40,097 nt of DNA from Polyangiaceae bacterium (GCA_044222475.1 JBGANF010000073.1:1-40097), one strand, 5' to 3'. Shown: positions 8,673 to 21,013, counted from the first letter of the stretch. Program-made: numbers and translations. The notes: generated from the letters alone by a model not told the origin.

Positions 8673-9640
8673 TTGATGTTGTAGTCGAGGTTCATGTTCT
8701 GACCTCGCCGGTTGACTTGGATGGTGAGGTGGTCGGCGGTGCGGAGGCGCGCGTACGCCTCGAGCGCCTTCTCGGGGCTCGTCATGTCGAAGCCGTTGAT
8801 CGTCTGGAGGCGGTCGCCGTTCTCCATGCCGAGCGTTCCGAGCAGCGTGTCGGGGCGAACGCCGAAGAGGCGAATGCCGACGACCTTGCCGTTCTCCTGC
8901 TCCGGCACGATGCGCGCTTGGCGCATGAGCTCGGCTTGATTCTCGAGGATCTTGTCGACGACGCCGCGATCGACGTTGAACTCGGTCGCGCTCACGCGGA
9001 CGATGCCCTTCGCGATGTCGGGCGGGACGGAGCCCGCGCCGCCTTGCTGCACGGCGGCGGGCGGAGGCGCGACGGGCGCGACCGCCGCGACGGGGGCGCC
9101 GGACGGACGGAACATCTCGGCCTGGCAGAGCTGGCTACCGGTCGTGAACCACACGCGGTCCCAGCCGATGAACTTCACCTGCTTGCCGTTGAACTCGCCG
9201 CCACGACGGCGGAGGACGCTCTTCTGATTTTCGCCCGGCGGCGAGAGGGCGGCGAACGACCAATCCGGATCGGTCGACGCGGTGATGATGAGGACCTTCA
9301 CGCCGTCGCACGGCGGAGCGGCCATCGGATCGGTGAGGTCGGGCGGAGGCGTGAGCGCTTGGTCGTCGACGGGGCGACCGTTGAGCGGGCCGGTCTGCGA
9401 GTCGAACGGGTTGCGCGAGAGGATCGGATCGGCGGTCGTCGAGTGGTTCGAGCCCCCGGTCGCGGTGGCCGACGGCGGCGTCTTCACGACCATCGGCGGT
9501 TGGCCGAGCGCCTTCTCGTCCGGCGCGAGGTTCGCGGCGGCGATGTTGGCCACGGTCTTGGCGCCGAACAGCGCCGCGATGGCCGTCAGGCCCATCGTCG
9601 GGAGCCAGAAGTTGTGCCGGAGCCATTGGTCGATTGCCAT
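8669..9640 (-). CDS. gspC: Type II secretion protein GspC with PDZ domain
   Basis: N-terminal TM, ILSRNPFDS motif and C-terminal PDZ (GIRLFGVRPDTLLGTLGMENGD...INGF...VNRRG); first gene of the gsp operon. Confidence 0.9.
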   Translation of the reverse strand: MAIDQWLRHNFWLPTMGLTAIAALFGAKTVANIAAANLAPDEKALGQPPMVVKTPPSATATGGSNHSTTADPILSRNPFDSQTGPLNGRPVDDQALTPPPDLTDPMAAPPCDGVKVLIITASTDPDWSFAALSPPGENQKSVLRRRGGEFNGKQVKFIGWDRVWFTTGSQLCQAEMFRPSGAPVAAVAPVAPPPAAVQQGGAGSVPPDIAKGIVRVSATEFNVDRGVVDKILENQAELMRQARIVPEQENGKVVGIRLFGVRPDTLLGTLGMENGDRLQTINGFDMTSPEKALEAYARLRTADHLTIQVNRRGQNMNLDYNIK

Positions 9641-9658
9641 TGCTTCTCGCCCCTACCT

Positions 9659-9674
9659 AGCGAACCTCGTGCCA
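9659..9674 (-). promoter_or_regulatory. Sigma54 (-24/-12) promoter of the gsp operon
   Basis: Minus strand TGGCACGAGGTTCGCT gives exact GG-N10-GC spacing, 18 nt upstream of the gspC ATG. Confidence 0.8.
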
Positions 9675-9783
9675 ACAAGGAAGAGGTCTATTTTCGAGGA
9701 TTTAGCCACCGTTTCGGGGCGCCGACCTCGACACCTTGGCGCGGACGGGTCACCTGTCCCCCGGTTCAGGACAAAGTGACAAC

Positions 9784-11187
9784 TCAGCTCTCGACCGCCT
9801 CGGCGCCGATCCCGTCGAGCTTGCGATAGATGGTGCGCTGCGAAATCCCGAGGAGCTGGGCCGCCAGGCCCTTGTCGCCCTTGGTGTGGCGCAGGGTCTC
9901 CTTGATGACCCGAAGCTCGATGTCGTCGAGGGTGGTGCCGATCTCGAACGTGAGCGACCCCCGCGCCTCGGGCGCGGCCTTGGCGATCGCGTCGGGGAGG
10001 TCCTGCTCGGTCAGCGTGTCCCCGCGCGAGAGGACGACCGCGCGCTCGACCACGTTCTCGAGCTCGCGCACGTTCCCCGGCCACGAGTAGTCGAGGAAGC
10101 GCTCCATCGCGCCGCGCGTCGGCGTCATGCGCGCCTTGCCGTTCTTCTTGGCGTAGATGCCGAGGAAGTGATCGACGAGGAGCGGGATGTCCTCGCGTCG
10201 CGAACGCAGCGGCGGCGCGGTGACCTGGATGACGTTCAGCCGGTAGTACAGATCCTCGCGGAAGCGGCCGGCGTGGACCTCGGCGAGGAGATCGCGGTTC
10301 GTCGCCGCGACGACGCGTACGTCCGCCTTGGTCGTGTGCCCGCCGACCGGCTCGTACTCGCCTTCCTGCAGCACGCGGAGGAGCTTCACTTGGACCGCGA
10401 GCGACAGCTCGCCGATCTCGTCGAGGAAGAGCGTGCCGCCGGACGCGCGGGCGAAGCGACCTTCCTTCTTCGTGACCGCTCCGGTGAACGCGCCGCGCTC
10501 GTGGCCGAACAGCTCGCTCTCGAGGATCGTCTCCGGGATCGCGGCGCAGTTCACCGCGACGAACGGGCCCTTGATGCGCTGGCTCCTATCGTGGATGTAT
10601 CTTGCAAGTAGTTCCTTGCCGGTGCCGCTCTCGCCGAGGACGAGCACGGTGGCGAGGCTCGGCGCCGCTTGCGTGGCGACGTCGATCACCCGGCGCCACG
10701 CCGGCGAGCTGCCGATGATCTCGCGGGTGGTCAGCGCCTTGAGCTCGTCTTTGAGGCTCTTGTTCTCGGCGACGAGGCGCTGGCGCTCGGCCGCTTTGCG
10801 CACGCTCTTCACGATCGACATGCGCTTGAGCGGCTTCTCGACGAAGTCGTACGCGCCTTCGCGCATCGCCGACACCGCGGTCTCGACCGTGCCGTACGCC
10901 GTCATGAGCACGACCTCGACGTCCGGAGCGAGCTGCTTGACGGCGCGGAGCAGCTCGAGCCCGGTGGTGCCCGGCATCATGAGGTCGGTCACGATCACGT
11001 GGACGCGGTGCGTGCGCACGACCTCGAGCGCTTGCTTCGCATCGAACGCGGTGAGCACGCGCATCGCCTCGCGCGCGAAGATCTTCTCGAGCGACTCGAC
11101 GTTGCCGCGCTCGTCGTCGACGACGAGGACGGTGATCCCTTCTTCCGCCGGAGCGCTGGACGTGGCCTGCGACGTACTGTCAATCAT
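9784..11187 (-). CDS. NtrC-family sigma54-dependent response regulator (REC-AAA+-HTH)
   Basis: Receiver (VVDDE...TDLMMPG...MTAYG...EKP), GESGTGKE, GAFTGA, LFLDEI, FREDLYYRL, WPGNVREL and a Fis-type HTH. Confidence 0.97.
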   Translation of the reverse strand: MIDSTSQATSSAPAEEGITVLVVDDERGNVESLEKIFAREAMRVLTAFDAKQALEVVRTHRVHVIVTDLMMPGTTGLELLRAVKQLAPDVEVVLMTAYGTVETAVSAMREGAYDFVEKPLKRMSIVKSVRKAAERQRLVAENKSLKDELKALTTREIIGSSPAWRRVIDVATQAAPSLATVLVLGESGTGKELLARYIHDRSQRIKGPFVAVNCAAIPETILESELFGHERGAFTGAVTKKEGRFARASGGTLFLDEIGELSLAVQVKLLRVLQEGEYEPVGGHTTKADVRVVAATNRDLLAEVHAGRFREDLYYRLNVIQVTAPPLRSRREDIPLLVDHFLGIYAKKNGKARMTPTRGAMERFLDYSWPGNVRELENVVERAVVLSRGDTLTEQDLPDAIAKAAPEARGSLTFEIGTTLDDIELRVIKETLRHTKGDKGLAAQLLGISQRTIYRKLDGIGAEAVES

Positions 11188-11245
11188 CCAGCCATAATGG
11201 CAGGGCCGGACAATTCGTCAAGGGGTCCGACGAAAAGTCAGCCCG

Positions 11246-11806
11246 CTAGCGCACCAGCTTGGAGATTGCCTTGAAGAGGTCCCCCTCCGCGCGGCGCAGC
11301 GCGTCGAAGAGGACCGCCTCCACCGACGAGCGGACGGCCCCTTCGCGCTCGCAGAGGCGAAGCCCGATCTCGCGGTTGTCCTCCGTCCGCGAAGCGACCG
11401 CGTCCTCGAGGACGTGCACCTTCAGGCCGTTGCCGATCAGATCCCGCACGGTCTGGAACACGCACACGTGCGTCTCCATCCCGACGACGATGGCGCGCTT
11501 CGCATCGATGCGCTCGAGCTCGGTGCGCACCGCGACCTCGTCGAGGGCGGAGAAGTCGAGCTTCTCGATCGGGGTGACCCCGGCGCTCACGAGCGCGTCG
11601 CGGAGCGGATCGACCGTCGGCCCGAGGCCCTTCGAGTACTGCTCGGTCGCCACGATCGAGAGCCCGAGCAGCCGCGCGCCTTCCACCAAGGTGCAGGCGC
11701 TCTTCGTGATCGCGGAGCGCCGTGCCTCCGGCATCGCCGCGAGGAGACGCTCCTGCATGTCGACCACGACGACGACGGTTCGGTTTCGATCGATGCGTGA
11801 GCTCAT
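11246..11806 (-). CDS. Isochorismatase-family (YcaC-like) cysteine hydrolase
   Basis: VVVDMQERL, TEQYSKGLGPT, GMETHVCVFQT, DAVASR. Confidence 0.92.
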   Translation of the reverse strand: MSSRIDRNRTVVVVVDMQERLLAAMPEARRSAITKSACTLVEGARLLGLSIVATEQYSKGLGPTVDPLRDALVSAGVTPIEKLDFSALDEVAVRTELERIDAKRAIVVGMETHVCVFQTVRDLIGNGLKVHVLEDAVASRTEDNREIGLRLCEREGAVRSSVEAVLFDALRRAEGDLFKAISKLVR

Positions 11807-11818
11807 GACGACCTCGCT

Positions 11819-12307
11819 CTAGAGCGACCAGAACGGTCGCAGAGATTTCAGGGTCCGGCGCAGGTCCCCCCGGACGTCGAAGCGGAGCGTCGCCCGCGCG
11901 ATCTCGCGCCCGAGCGGCTTCTTCGGATCGCCGGTGACCTCGTAGAGGCTCATCGGCAGGTAGGTGACGTTCTCGGCCGCGTCGAGCAAGCCGACGTACT
12001 TCTCGCCGACGAGGCGGTAGGGAACTTGCTCGCCGTTCGTCCCGTCGCGGCGCGGCCCGGTGAACGACATCTCGTACGGCAGCCGCCGCTGGTTCACGAC
12101 CGCCAGCCCGATCCGTCCTTCGACCTCGGTGGCGACGAAGTCGTCGATCGTCAGCCGACCGACGATCGTCCCGGTGCGCTCCTTCGCGAAGCGGCGAAGC
12201 CCGTCGAGCCGGATGTCGAGATCGACGTCGATCGCGCGCTCGTCGGTCGGCGCGTCGAGAAAGTAGAAGCCACCCCGAAGACTCTCGTGAAAGCGCAGCC
12301 CGGCCAT
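11819..12307 (-). CDS. Hypothetical protein (162 aa)
   Basis: ATG at 12307 overlaps the ferredoxin stop; normal globular composition (MAGLRFHESLRG...). Confidence 0.75.
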   Translation of the reverse strand: MAGLRFHESLRGGFYFLDAPTDERAIDVDLDIRLDGLRRFAKERTGTIVGRLTIDDFVATEVEGRIGLAVVNQRRLPYEMSFTGPRRDGTNGEQVPYRLVGEKYVGLLDAAENVTYLPMSLYEVTGDPKKPLGREIARATLRFDVRGDLRRTLKSLRPFWSL

Positions 12308-12630
12308 CACCCGCCCTGCTTGCGATGAACGACGAGCCGCTCGACGACGGTACCGGCGGCCGCAGCGGCGGCGATGTCCTCGATGTCGGTCACGGTGACG
12401 TTGCCGTAGGCGACGTGCTCCGGCTCCTGCACGATGGTCGCGCCGATTTCGCAGAGATCGAGGCAGCTCGACGAGCACGCGCGAACGGCCCCCGCGACCT
12501 TGAGCCGCAAGAGCGCAGCTTTGAGCTCCTTCACGAGCTCCTCGCTCCCCTTCGCGGCGCACGACCCCTTCGGGTGCCCCTCCTCGCGCCGGTTCGTACA
12601 GACGAAGAGATACCTATCGCGATGCGGCAT
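12307..12630 (-). CDS. Thioredoxin-like [2Fe-2S] ferredoxin
   Basis: LFVCTNRR...GSC...CLDLCEIG...PE..YGNV is the TRX-like ferredoxin cysteine pattern. Confidence 0.9.
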   Translation of the reverse strand: MPHRDRYLFVCTNRREEGHPKGSCAAKGSEELVKELKAALLRLKVAGAVRACSSSCLDLCEIGATIVQEPEHVAYGNVTVTDIEDIAAAAAAGTVVERLVVHRKQGG

Positions 12631-12645
12631 CGGGCGGCGAGCCTA

Positions 12646-14304
<1,659 letters not shown>

Positions 14305-14343
14305 CTCGCAGCGAATAGCACCCGGCGGCCTCGTGGTCATCCC

Positions 14344-14539
14344 TCCCAGAAAACCGCAAGGGCGTAAGAACGCAAGGACGCGAGGAGAATCAGGGGAGCG
14401 TCCTCGCAGACCACGAGGCTTGGGCCTCCGGCGTGCGGGCGCCTGCGCGCCGGAGGCCTGTGCCCGCGCGAATCGCGATCACGCCTCCAACTTTCTCGTC
14501 GCGTCCTTGCGGCCCTTGCGTCCTTGCGTTCCTCTGGGA
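14344..14539. repeat. Nested palindromic element with ~46-bp terminal inverted arms built from CGCAAGG units (MITE/REP-like)
   Basis: Left arm tcccagaaaaccgcaagggcgtaagaacgcaaggacgcgaggagaa matches the reverse complement of the right arm, tcccagaggaacgcaaggacgcaagggccgcaaggacgcgacgagaa. Internal hairpin ggcctccggcg...cgccggaggcc at 14423-14458. Confidence 0.75.
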
Positions 14540-14561
14540 AACGCTCGCAGCTCGCGACGCG

Positions 14562-15059
14562 CTAGCGGAAGTTTTGGACGCTCCACACCTTGCCGCTCGG
14601 CATCGTGTAGAAGCCGCACGCGACCTTCGTGTATTTGGTCGACGACATGTTGATGTAGTGACCGTGCTTCGAGAAGTCGGTCCCCGGGCCCTCGTCCCAC
14701 ATCATCTGGAGACACCCGCCGATCATGCTCGCCGGCGGGCCGGGCCAGCCGGGGCACTCGTTCTGCGCCATCTCCGTGCAGGTGCCGAACGCGCCGTGGG
14801 CCTTTCCGGTCTCCGAGTCGCTCTTGGCTTCGCCGTCGCTGCAGGCCTCTTGGTCGGTCCAGCGCGCGAGGGGGGCCAGGTTCAGCGTCGCTCGGAACGC
14901 GTTGATCTTGTCGACGCACGCCTGCTCGACGGTGCCGTCTCCCGGGCCCGGCGTCACGACCGTGCTCTGCGTGCTGTCGCTCGAGCACGCGACGATGGAA
15001 GACACGGCAAAGGCGGCAAACGCGACCGGTGCGGCGATTCGTTTCACGCGGACCTCCAT
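14562..15059 (-). CDS. CAP (SCP-like) domain lipoprotein
   Basis: Lipobox IVAC, INAFRA...LAPL, AH, AQNEC, GHYINM...KVACGF...VQNF. Confidence 0.88.
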   Translation of the reverse strand: MEVRVKRIAAPVAFAAFAVSSIVACSSDSTQSTVVTPGPGDGTVEQACVDKINAFRATLNLAPLARWTDQEACSDGEAKSDSETGKAHGAFGTCTEMAQNECPGWPGPPASMIGGCLQMMWDEGPGTDFSKHGHYINMSSTKYTKVACGFYTMPSGKVWSVQNFR

Positions 15060-15123
15060 CGACGACGTGCGTCCTTCGGACTGTCGGTCCGCCTTCGGCG
15101 GGCCCTCAAGCAGCGTACCACCG

Positions 15124-16272
<1,149 letters not shown>

Positions 16273-16384
16273 CTGCGCGTTCACCTCTCGACGAAGGGCC
16301 GGACTCGCCGGCCGCGAGCTAGCGGTCGTTCCCATGTGGGAAGAGGATGCTCACTCCCCCGGTCGCGTTCCGTGAAGAAGTGTA

Positions 16385-18154
16385 TCAGGCCCGTTTTCCC
16401 CGGAGATCCATCATCGCGTCGAGGGTGTCGGCGTGGATTTCGGGTCGATCCTCGAGGTCGAATGGGAGGTCGGGTGAGCTTGGCATCGCCGATGAAGCCG
16501 GCCGGGCCGCCGCGTCCCATCGGGCGGCAAGCTCCTCGGCGACGCGGGCGACCAGCGCCCGGGTCGTCTCGCGGACGGTCGCCGCGACGAAGACCGCCCC
16601 GGGATCGCGCCGCTCGAGCTCGCGCCGCAGCATCGGGTCGATGAGATCGCACTTGTTGTACACGAGCACCCGCGGCAGCTCCGCGAGCCCGAGCTCCTCG
16701 AGGAGCTCCTTCGTAGTCGCGTAGTGGTCCTCGCGCTGGGGATCGCTCGCGTCGACGACGACGAGCAGCAGATCGGCGTCTTGCGCCTCCTCGAACGTGG
16801 CGCGGAACGCAGCGAAGAGATCCTTCGGCAGATCGCGGATGAACCCCACCGTGTCGGTGACGACGACCTCGCGATCGCCGTAGCCCGCCCAGCCGACGCG
16901 GAGCGTGCGCGAGCGGGTATCGAGGGTGGCGAACAGCTTGTCCTCCGCGACGACGTTCGAGCGGGTGAGCGTGTTGAGGAGCGTGCTCTTGCCGGCGTTC
17001 GTGTAGCCGACGATCGCCACCGTGGGCACCGCGGTGCGCGAGCGCTTGCGCCGCCGCTCGTGCCGCTGCTTCGCGAGCTTGCGCAGCTGCGCTTCGAGGT
17101 GCGACACGCGCTCGCGCGCGCGACGGCGACCGATCTCGAGCTTCGTCTCGCCCGGGCCGCGCCCGCCGATGCCGCCGGTGAGGCGCGACAGCGAGTCGTC
17201 CTTTTGCTGGAGGCGCGGCATGTTGTACTTGAGCTGGGCGAGCTCGACTTGGAGCTTTCCGTCGGCGCTCTCGGCGCGCTGGGCGAAGATGTCGAGGATG
17301 AGCTGCGAGCGGTCGATGACCTTGAGATCGGAGCTCTTCGCGATCGCCGCCGCCTGCGCCGGGGCGAGGTTCCGATCGAAGATCAACGTCTCGGCGTCGA
17401 GCTCGGCGGCGCGCAGGATGATCTCGTTGAGCTTGCCCTTGCCCATCACCCAGCGCTTGTCGATCACGTCGCGCAGCTGGACGATGGAGTCGGCGACCTC
17501 CACGCCGGCGGTGCGCGCGAGCTCGCGAAGCTCCTGCATGCTCTCGTCGGCGAGGGCGGCGGCGGTGCGACCGCGCTCGGCGACGTGAAGGAGGATCGCC
17601 CGCCCGTCCTTCGCCTTGACCTCGCGCGCGCGGGTGCGCTTGGCGAACTCGGCTTCGAGGTCGCGCACGAGCGCGGCGGCGTCGAGCTCGACCTTGGCGA
17701 GCGGGAGCGGTCCGACGATCTCGTAGGGAGGCTGGCGCGGCACGTTGTGCGCGTACATCACGTTGCGCACCTCGCCGGTGTGCGCGATCTGCAGGGTGAC
17801 GACCATGTCGAGGCGCAAGCGCACGAGGTCGACGAGATCGTCCTCGGCGAGCGGCTCGCCACGCACGTGCGTGTGGACGAGGCGAAGCCCGCGGAAGCGC
17901 CCCTCGGCGGCGCGGAGGCGCCCGATGTCGGGGAGCATCAGCTTCCCGGCGTCACCGACGATGACGTAGTCGACCTGCCCAGATCGATGCACGAGCACTC
18001 CGACCTGGCGGCCCGTCTCGAGCGAGGCTGCGGTCAGCGCGCGGACGAGCTCCGGTGTCGCGAGCTCGGTCGGGGGGACCTTGCGGTGGTACAGGCGCAA
18101 GAGCGCCTTCGTCGCCGAAGGCGGCAGACCCTGCGTATTTCCGTAGAGCTCGAT
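16385..18154 (-). CDS. hflX: GTPase HflX, long form; probable non-AUG (ATC) start
   Basis: [34 protein letters not shown]1 [26 protein letters not shown]. The frame continues upstream of TTG 18100 as ELYGNTQGL. Confidence 0.95.
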   Translation of the reverse strand: MELYGNTQGLPPSATKALLRLYHRKVPPTELATPELVRALTAASLETGRQVGVLVHRSGQVDYVIVGDAGKLMLPDIGRLRAAEGRFRGLRLVHTHVRGEPLAEDDLVDLVRLRLDMVVTLQIAHTGEVRNVMYAHNVPRQPPYEIVGPLPLAKVELDAAALVRDLEAEFAKRTRAREVKAKDGRAILLHVAERGRTAAALADESMQELRELARTAGVEVADSIVQLRDVIDKRWVMGKGKLNEIILRAAELDAETLIFDRNLAPAQAAAIAKSSDLKVIDRSQLILDIFAQRAESADGKLQVELAQLKYNMPRLQQKDDSLSRLTGGIGGRGPGETKLEIGRRRARERVSHLEAQLRKLAKQRHERRRKRSRTAVPTVAIVGYTNAGKSTLLNTLTRSNVVAEDKLFATLDTRSRTLRVGWAGYGDREVVVTDTVGFIRDLPKDLFAAFRATFEEAQDADLLLVVVDASDPQREDHYATTKELLEELGLAELPRVLVYNKCDLIDPMLRRELERRDPGAVFVAATVRETTRALVARVAEELAARWDAAARPASSAMPSSPDLPFDLEDRPEIHADTLDAMMDLRGKRA

Positions 18155-18164
18155 GATCAGCCCC

Positions 18165-19445
18165 TCAGTTGCAGATCGACGCGACCGCCGGCTGCGCCCA
18201 GGCCGCGAGGTTCTTCTTCGGGTAGTACATGGTGAACGAGAAGCACATCTCGTTCTCGGTGTTCTCGCCGAACTTCACCGGCGAGCCCGTCGTGTTGTTC
18301 CAGGTGCACTTGGTCTCGACGACCTCACCCGCGGTGAGCACGTGATCGACCTTGACCCACTGCTGGGCGTCGAAGCTGAAGTTCTTCACCGAGCCCAAGT
18401 CGACGCTCGAGGCCGGGATCGTCGTCGAGATCGACGTGCCGATCTTGTGCATGTGCGGGAGCGCGGCGATGACGTGCGCCCCGCTGAGGAGGCTGTTGAC
18501 GGTGTGCTGGCAGGTGAGCGTCTTCGTCGAGTTCGCGGGGATGGTGAAGTTCATGCTCCCGAACGCGAACACGTCGGCGTCGTTCGGGCGGAGCTTGTTG
18601 GTCGTGCACAGGTCGAAGCCGCTCGTGTCGGTCTGACCGGTGAGGTGGTTCACGTTGTTGTAGTGGACCTGGACGATGTAGTGCGTCGGCGTACCGGGCG
18701 CTTGAGGGAAGCCCGCCTCCGGCGGGAGCGTGAGCGCACCGCCGCCCGGCGCCCAGCCGTACATCATCTTCCAGTTCAGCTGGCCGAACGCCCCGCAGGG
18801 CTTCGGCGTCCCATCGAAGCTGGTCGCGGCGTCCGATTGGAAGAGGAGCATGTGGTGGACGATCTTGTCGTTCTGCACGCGCGGGGTCATCTGGATGACC
18901 TGGCGCTTCTCGGTCGACGTGACGTCGAAGCCGTAGCAGACGTACTCGTCGTTCGCGTTCTGCGGCATGGCCCACGCCGTCGTCGGAGCGAGCTTGGTGT
19001 CGGGCGTGCACGCGTTTGGGTCGCCGCCGTCGGTGCCCGCGTCGTTCCCAACCGGCGTGCAGCTGTCGTTCGCGGCGCGAGCAGGCGCCCCCTGCGCGAT
19101 CCAGTCGTCGAGGACGGACGTGTCGAGCGCCGACAAGCGGGGATTGGGTGCCTGCGGCATCGGCTTCACGTCGTCGTGAATGCGCTTGGCGACCTGCTTG
19201 TAGACCGGAGTGTTCGGATCGCTCTTCGACGGCGCCTGCATGTCCTCCCAGGTGAGCTCGGGGTGAGGCGCTCCGAACTTGGGCGGGTTCGAGTGGCAGG
19301 ACCGACAGTTCTTCTCGAGGATCGCGTCCACGTTGCACGGGAGCGGCGTTCCCGACGCAGGTGTCGTCGTCTTGCCGCTGCAGGCGGCGACGGCGATGGC
19401 GAGGGACGAAAGACCAAAGAAGGCGAGCTTGTACGACCGACGCAT
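18165..19445 (-). CDS. Lipoprotein: c-type heme motif plus copper type II ascorbate-dependent (PHM/DBH-like) monooxygenase
   Basis: Lipobox VAAC, CRSCH heme motif with distal KPMPQ, CuH ligands IVHHM...QVHY and CuM ligands PHMH...NEMC. Confidence 0.85.
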   Translation of the reverse strand: MRRSYKLAFFGLSSLAIAVAACSGKTTTPASGTPLPCNVDAILEKNCRSCHSNPPKFGAPHPELTWEDMQAPSKSDPNTPVYKQVAKRIHDDVKPMPQAPNPRLSALDTSVLDDWIAQGAPARAANDSCTPVGNDAGTDGGDPNACTPDTKLAPTTAWAMPQNANDEYVCYGFDVTSTEKRQVIQMTPRVQNDKIVHHMLLFQSDAATSFDGTPKPCGAFGQLNWKMMYGWAPGGGALTLPPEAGFPQAPGTPTHYIVQVHYNNVNHLTGQTDTSGFDLCTTNKLRPNDADVFAFGSMNFTIPANSTKTLTCQHTVNSLLSGAHVIAALPHMHKIGTSISTTIPASSVDLGSVKNFSFDAQQWVKVDHVLTAGEVVETKCTWNNTTGSPVKFGENTENEMCFSFTMYYPKKNLAAWAQPAVASICN

Positions 19446-19484
19446 CGCCGGTGAGTATCGCACGCGATTCCCGAGCACGCCCGA

Positions 19485-20048
19485 CTACTTGTTGACGCGC
19501 TCGAGGTAGCTGCCGCTGTCGGTGTCCACCTTCACCCACTCCCCCTCCTTGATGAAGAGGGGGACGTTGACGGTGGCGCCGGTGCTCAGCGTCGCCGGCT
19601 TGGTGGCACCGCTCGCGGTGTCGCCCTTCACGCCCGGCTCGCTCGAGACGATCTGGAGCACGACGGTCGGCGGGATCTGGATGCCGATCGGGTTGCCGTT
19701 GAAGAGGGTGACCTGGACCTCCATCCCCTCCGAGAGCCAGCGGGAGTCGTCCCCGACCTTGTGCTTCTCGACGTGGATTTGGTCGCCGGTGTTCGGGTCC
19801 ATGAACACGAAGGTGTCCGACTCCTCCCAGGAGTACGACATCTTGCGATCCTCGACGTCGGCCAGCTCCACCGACTCGCCGCTCTTCCAGGTGCGCTCGA
19901 TCACGTTGCCGGTCACGAGGTTTCGCACTTTGCAGCGGGTGAAGGCCTGACCCTTGCCGGGCTTCACGAACTGGTGCTCGACGACGTAGAACGGGACGCC
20001 GTCCAGCTGAATTCGGAGGCCTTTGCGGATATCGGTGGTCGTTGCCAT
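19485..20048 (-). CDS. efp: Elongation factor P
   Basis: VKPGKGQAF loop, FMD, PGVKGDTA, ATLSTG..V.VPLFI, KVDT...YLER. Confidence 0.98.
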   Translation of the reverse strand: MATTTDIRKGLRIQLDGVPFYVVEHQFVKPGKGQAFTRCKVRNLVTGNVIERTWKSGESVELADVEDRKMSYSWEESDTFVFMDPNTGDQIHVEKHKVGDDSRWLSEGMEVQVTLFNGNPIGIQIPPTVVLQIVSSEPGVKGDTASGATKPATLSTGATVNVPLFIKEGEWVKVDTDSGSYLERVNK

Positions 20049-20152
20049 GGCGGGCGCTGAGCTAGCACGGCGGGCGCAGGGCTCGCAAGCCTGGGCCTAT
20101 GGTTTTGCGGCAAAGAGTGGGGTAAGACGCCTCCCTCACCTGGGAGAATGAA

Positions 20153-21013
20153 GTGCGCGAAGTCGACGACGAGCTCCGCGACATCAAACGCGAGATCATC
20201 GAATCTCGCGGGCTCGTCATCAAGACGAACAACCTGACGAACGCCCTCTCGGCCGACGTGAAGTCGATCGCGAAGCGTCAGCAGGGGTACGAGCGCCGCA
20301 TCTCGTGGAACAGCGCGACGGCGTACATCGTGTTCGTGCTCGTCGTGTTCACGGCGCTGAAATTCGCGTGGGACGCCCGCGTCGACGCCATCAAGGGCGA
20401 GACCGAGCAGAAGGCGGCCGAGAACGACCGCCTCCGGAAGGAAGCGCGGGAGGCCGAGAAGCGCGAGCAGGACCGGGCCCACGCCGAGCAGAAGGCGGCG
20501 GCGTTCTACGATTTGGTCCGCCAGGGCAAGAAGGTGGAGCTCGTCGAACAGTACGAGTCGATCAAGAACGAGCCGCTGACGAAGGCCGAGCTCGCTGCCT
20601 TCGCCGATGCGGTCGAGAAGGCGCGCAACGAGCTGGCGGCGGAGCGCTACCAGCTCGGCCTCGAGAAGGCGCACGTGCAGCGCTGGCAGGAAGCGGCGAC
20701 CGCGTACGAGGACTCGCTCCGCTACAAGGACACGTCGACCATCGCGCCCAACGTGCGGCTCGGGCTCGCGGAGGCGTACCGTCACTTGGGGCGACCGCGC
20801 GACGCGATCCCGATCCTCACCGGGCTCTCGGAGACCTCGCCGGACAAGGAAGTGCAGGACGACGCGCTCTACATGCTCGCGTTCTGCCAGATGGACATCC
20901 AGGCCTGGAACGAGGCGAAGAACACGTGGCGCGCGTTGATCCGGCGCTTCCCCGACTCGCGGTTCTCCGGTGAAGGCAAGCTGCAGCTGGCGCAGCTATC
21001 CATCACGCACTGA
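20153..21013 (+). CDS. Membrane-anchored coiled-coil/TPR protein (CpoB/YbgF-like C-terminus)
   Basis: GGAG SD before GTG; coiled coil, one TM helix and TPRs ending ALYMLA...LIRRFPDS. Confidence 0.85.
   Translation: MREVDDELRDIKREIIESRGLVIKTNNLTNALSADVKSIAKRQQGYERRISWNSATAYIVFVLVVFTALKFAWDARVDAIKGETEQKAAENDRLRKEAREAEKREQDRAHAEQKAAAFYDLVRQGKKVELVEQYESIKNEPLTKAELAAFADAVEKARNELAAERYQLGLEKAHVQRWQEAATAYEDSLRYKDTSTIAPNVRLGLAEAYRHLGRPRDAIPILTGLSETSPDKEVQDDALYMLAFCQMDIQAWNEAKNTWRALIRRFPDSRFSGEGKLQLAQLSITH

Noticed and set aside
122..9640. Type IV pilus or Tad locus rather than T2SS
   Set aside because: The C-D-E-F-G-H-I order, PDZ-containing GspC, GspD-type N-domains and absence of PilT or PilMNOP indicate a T2SS.
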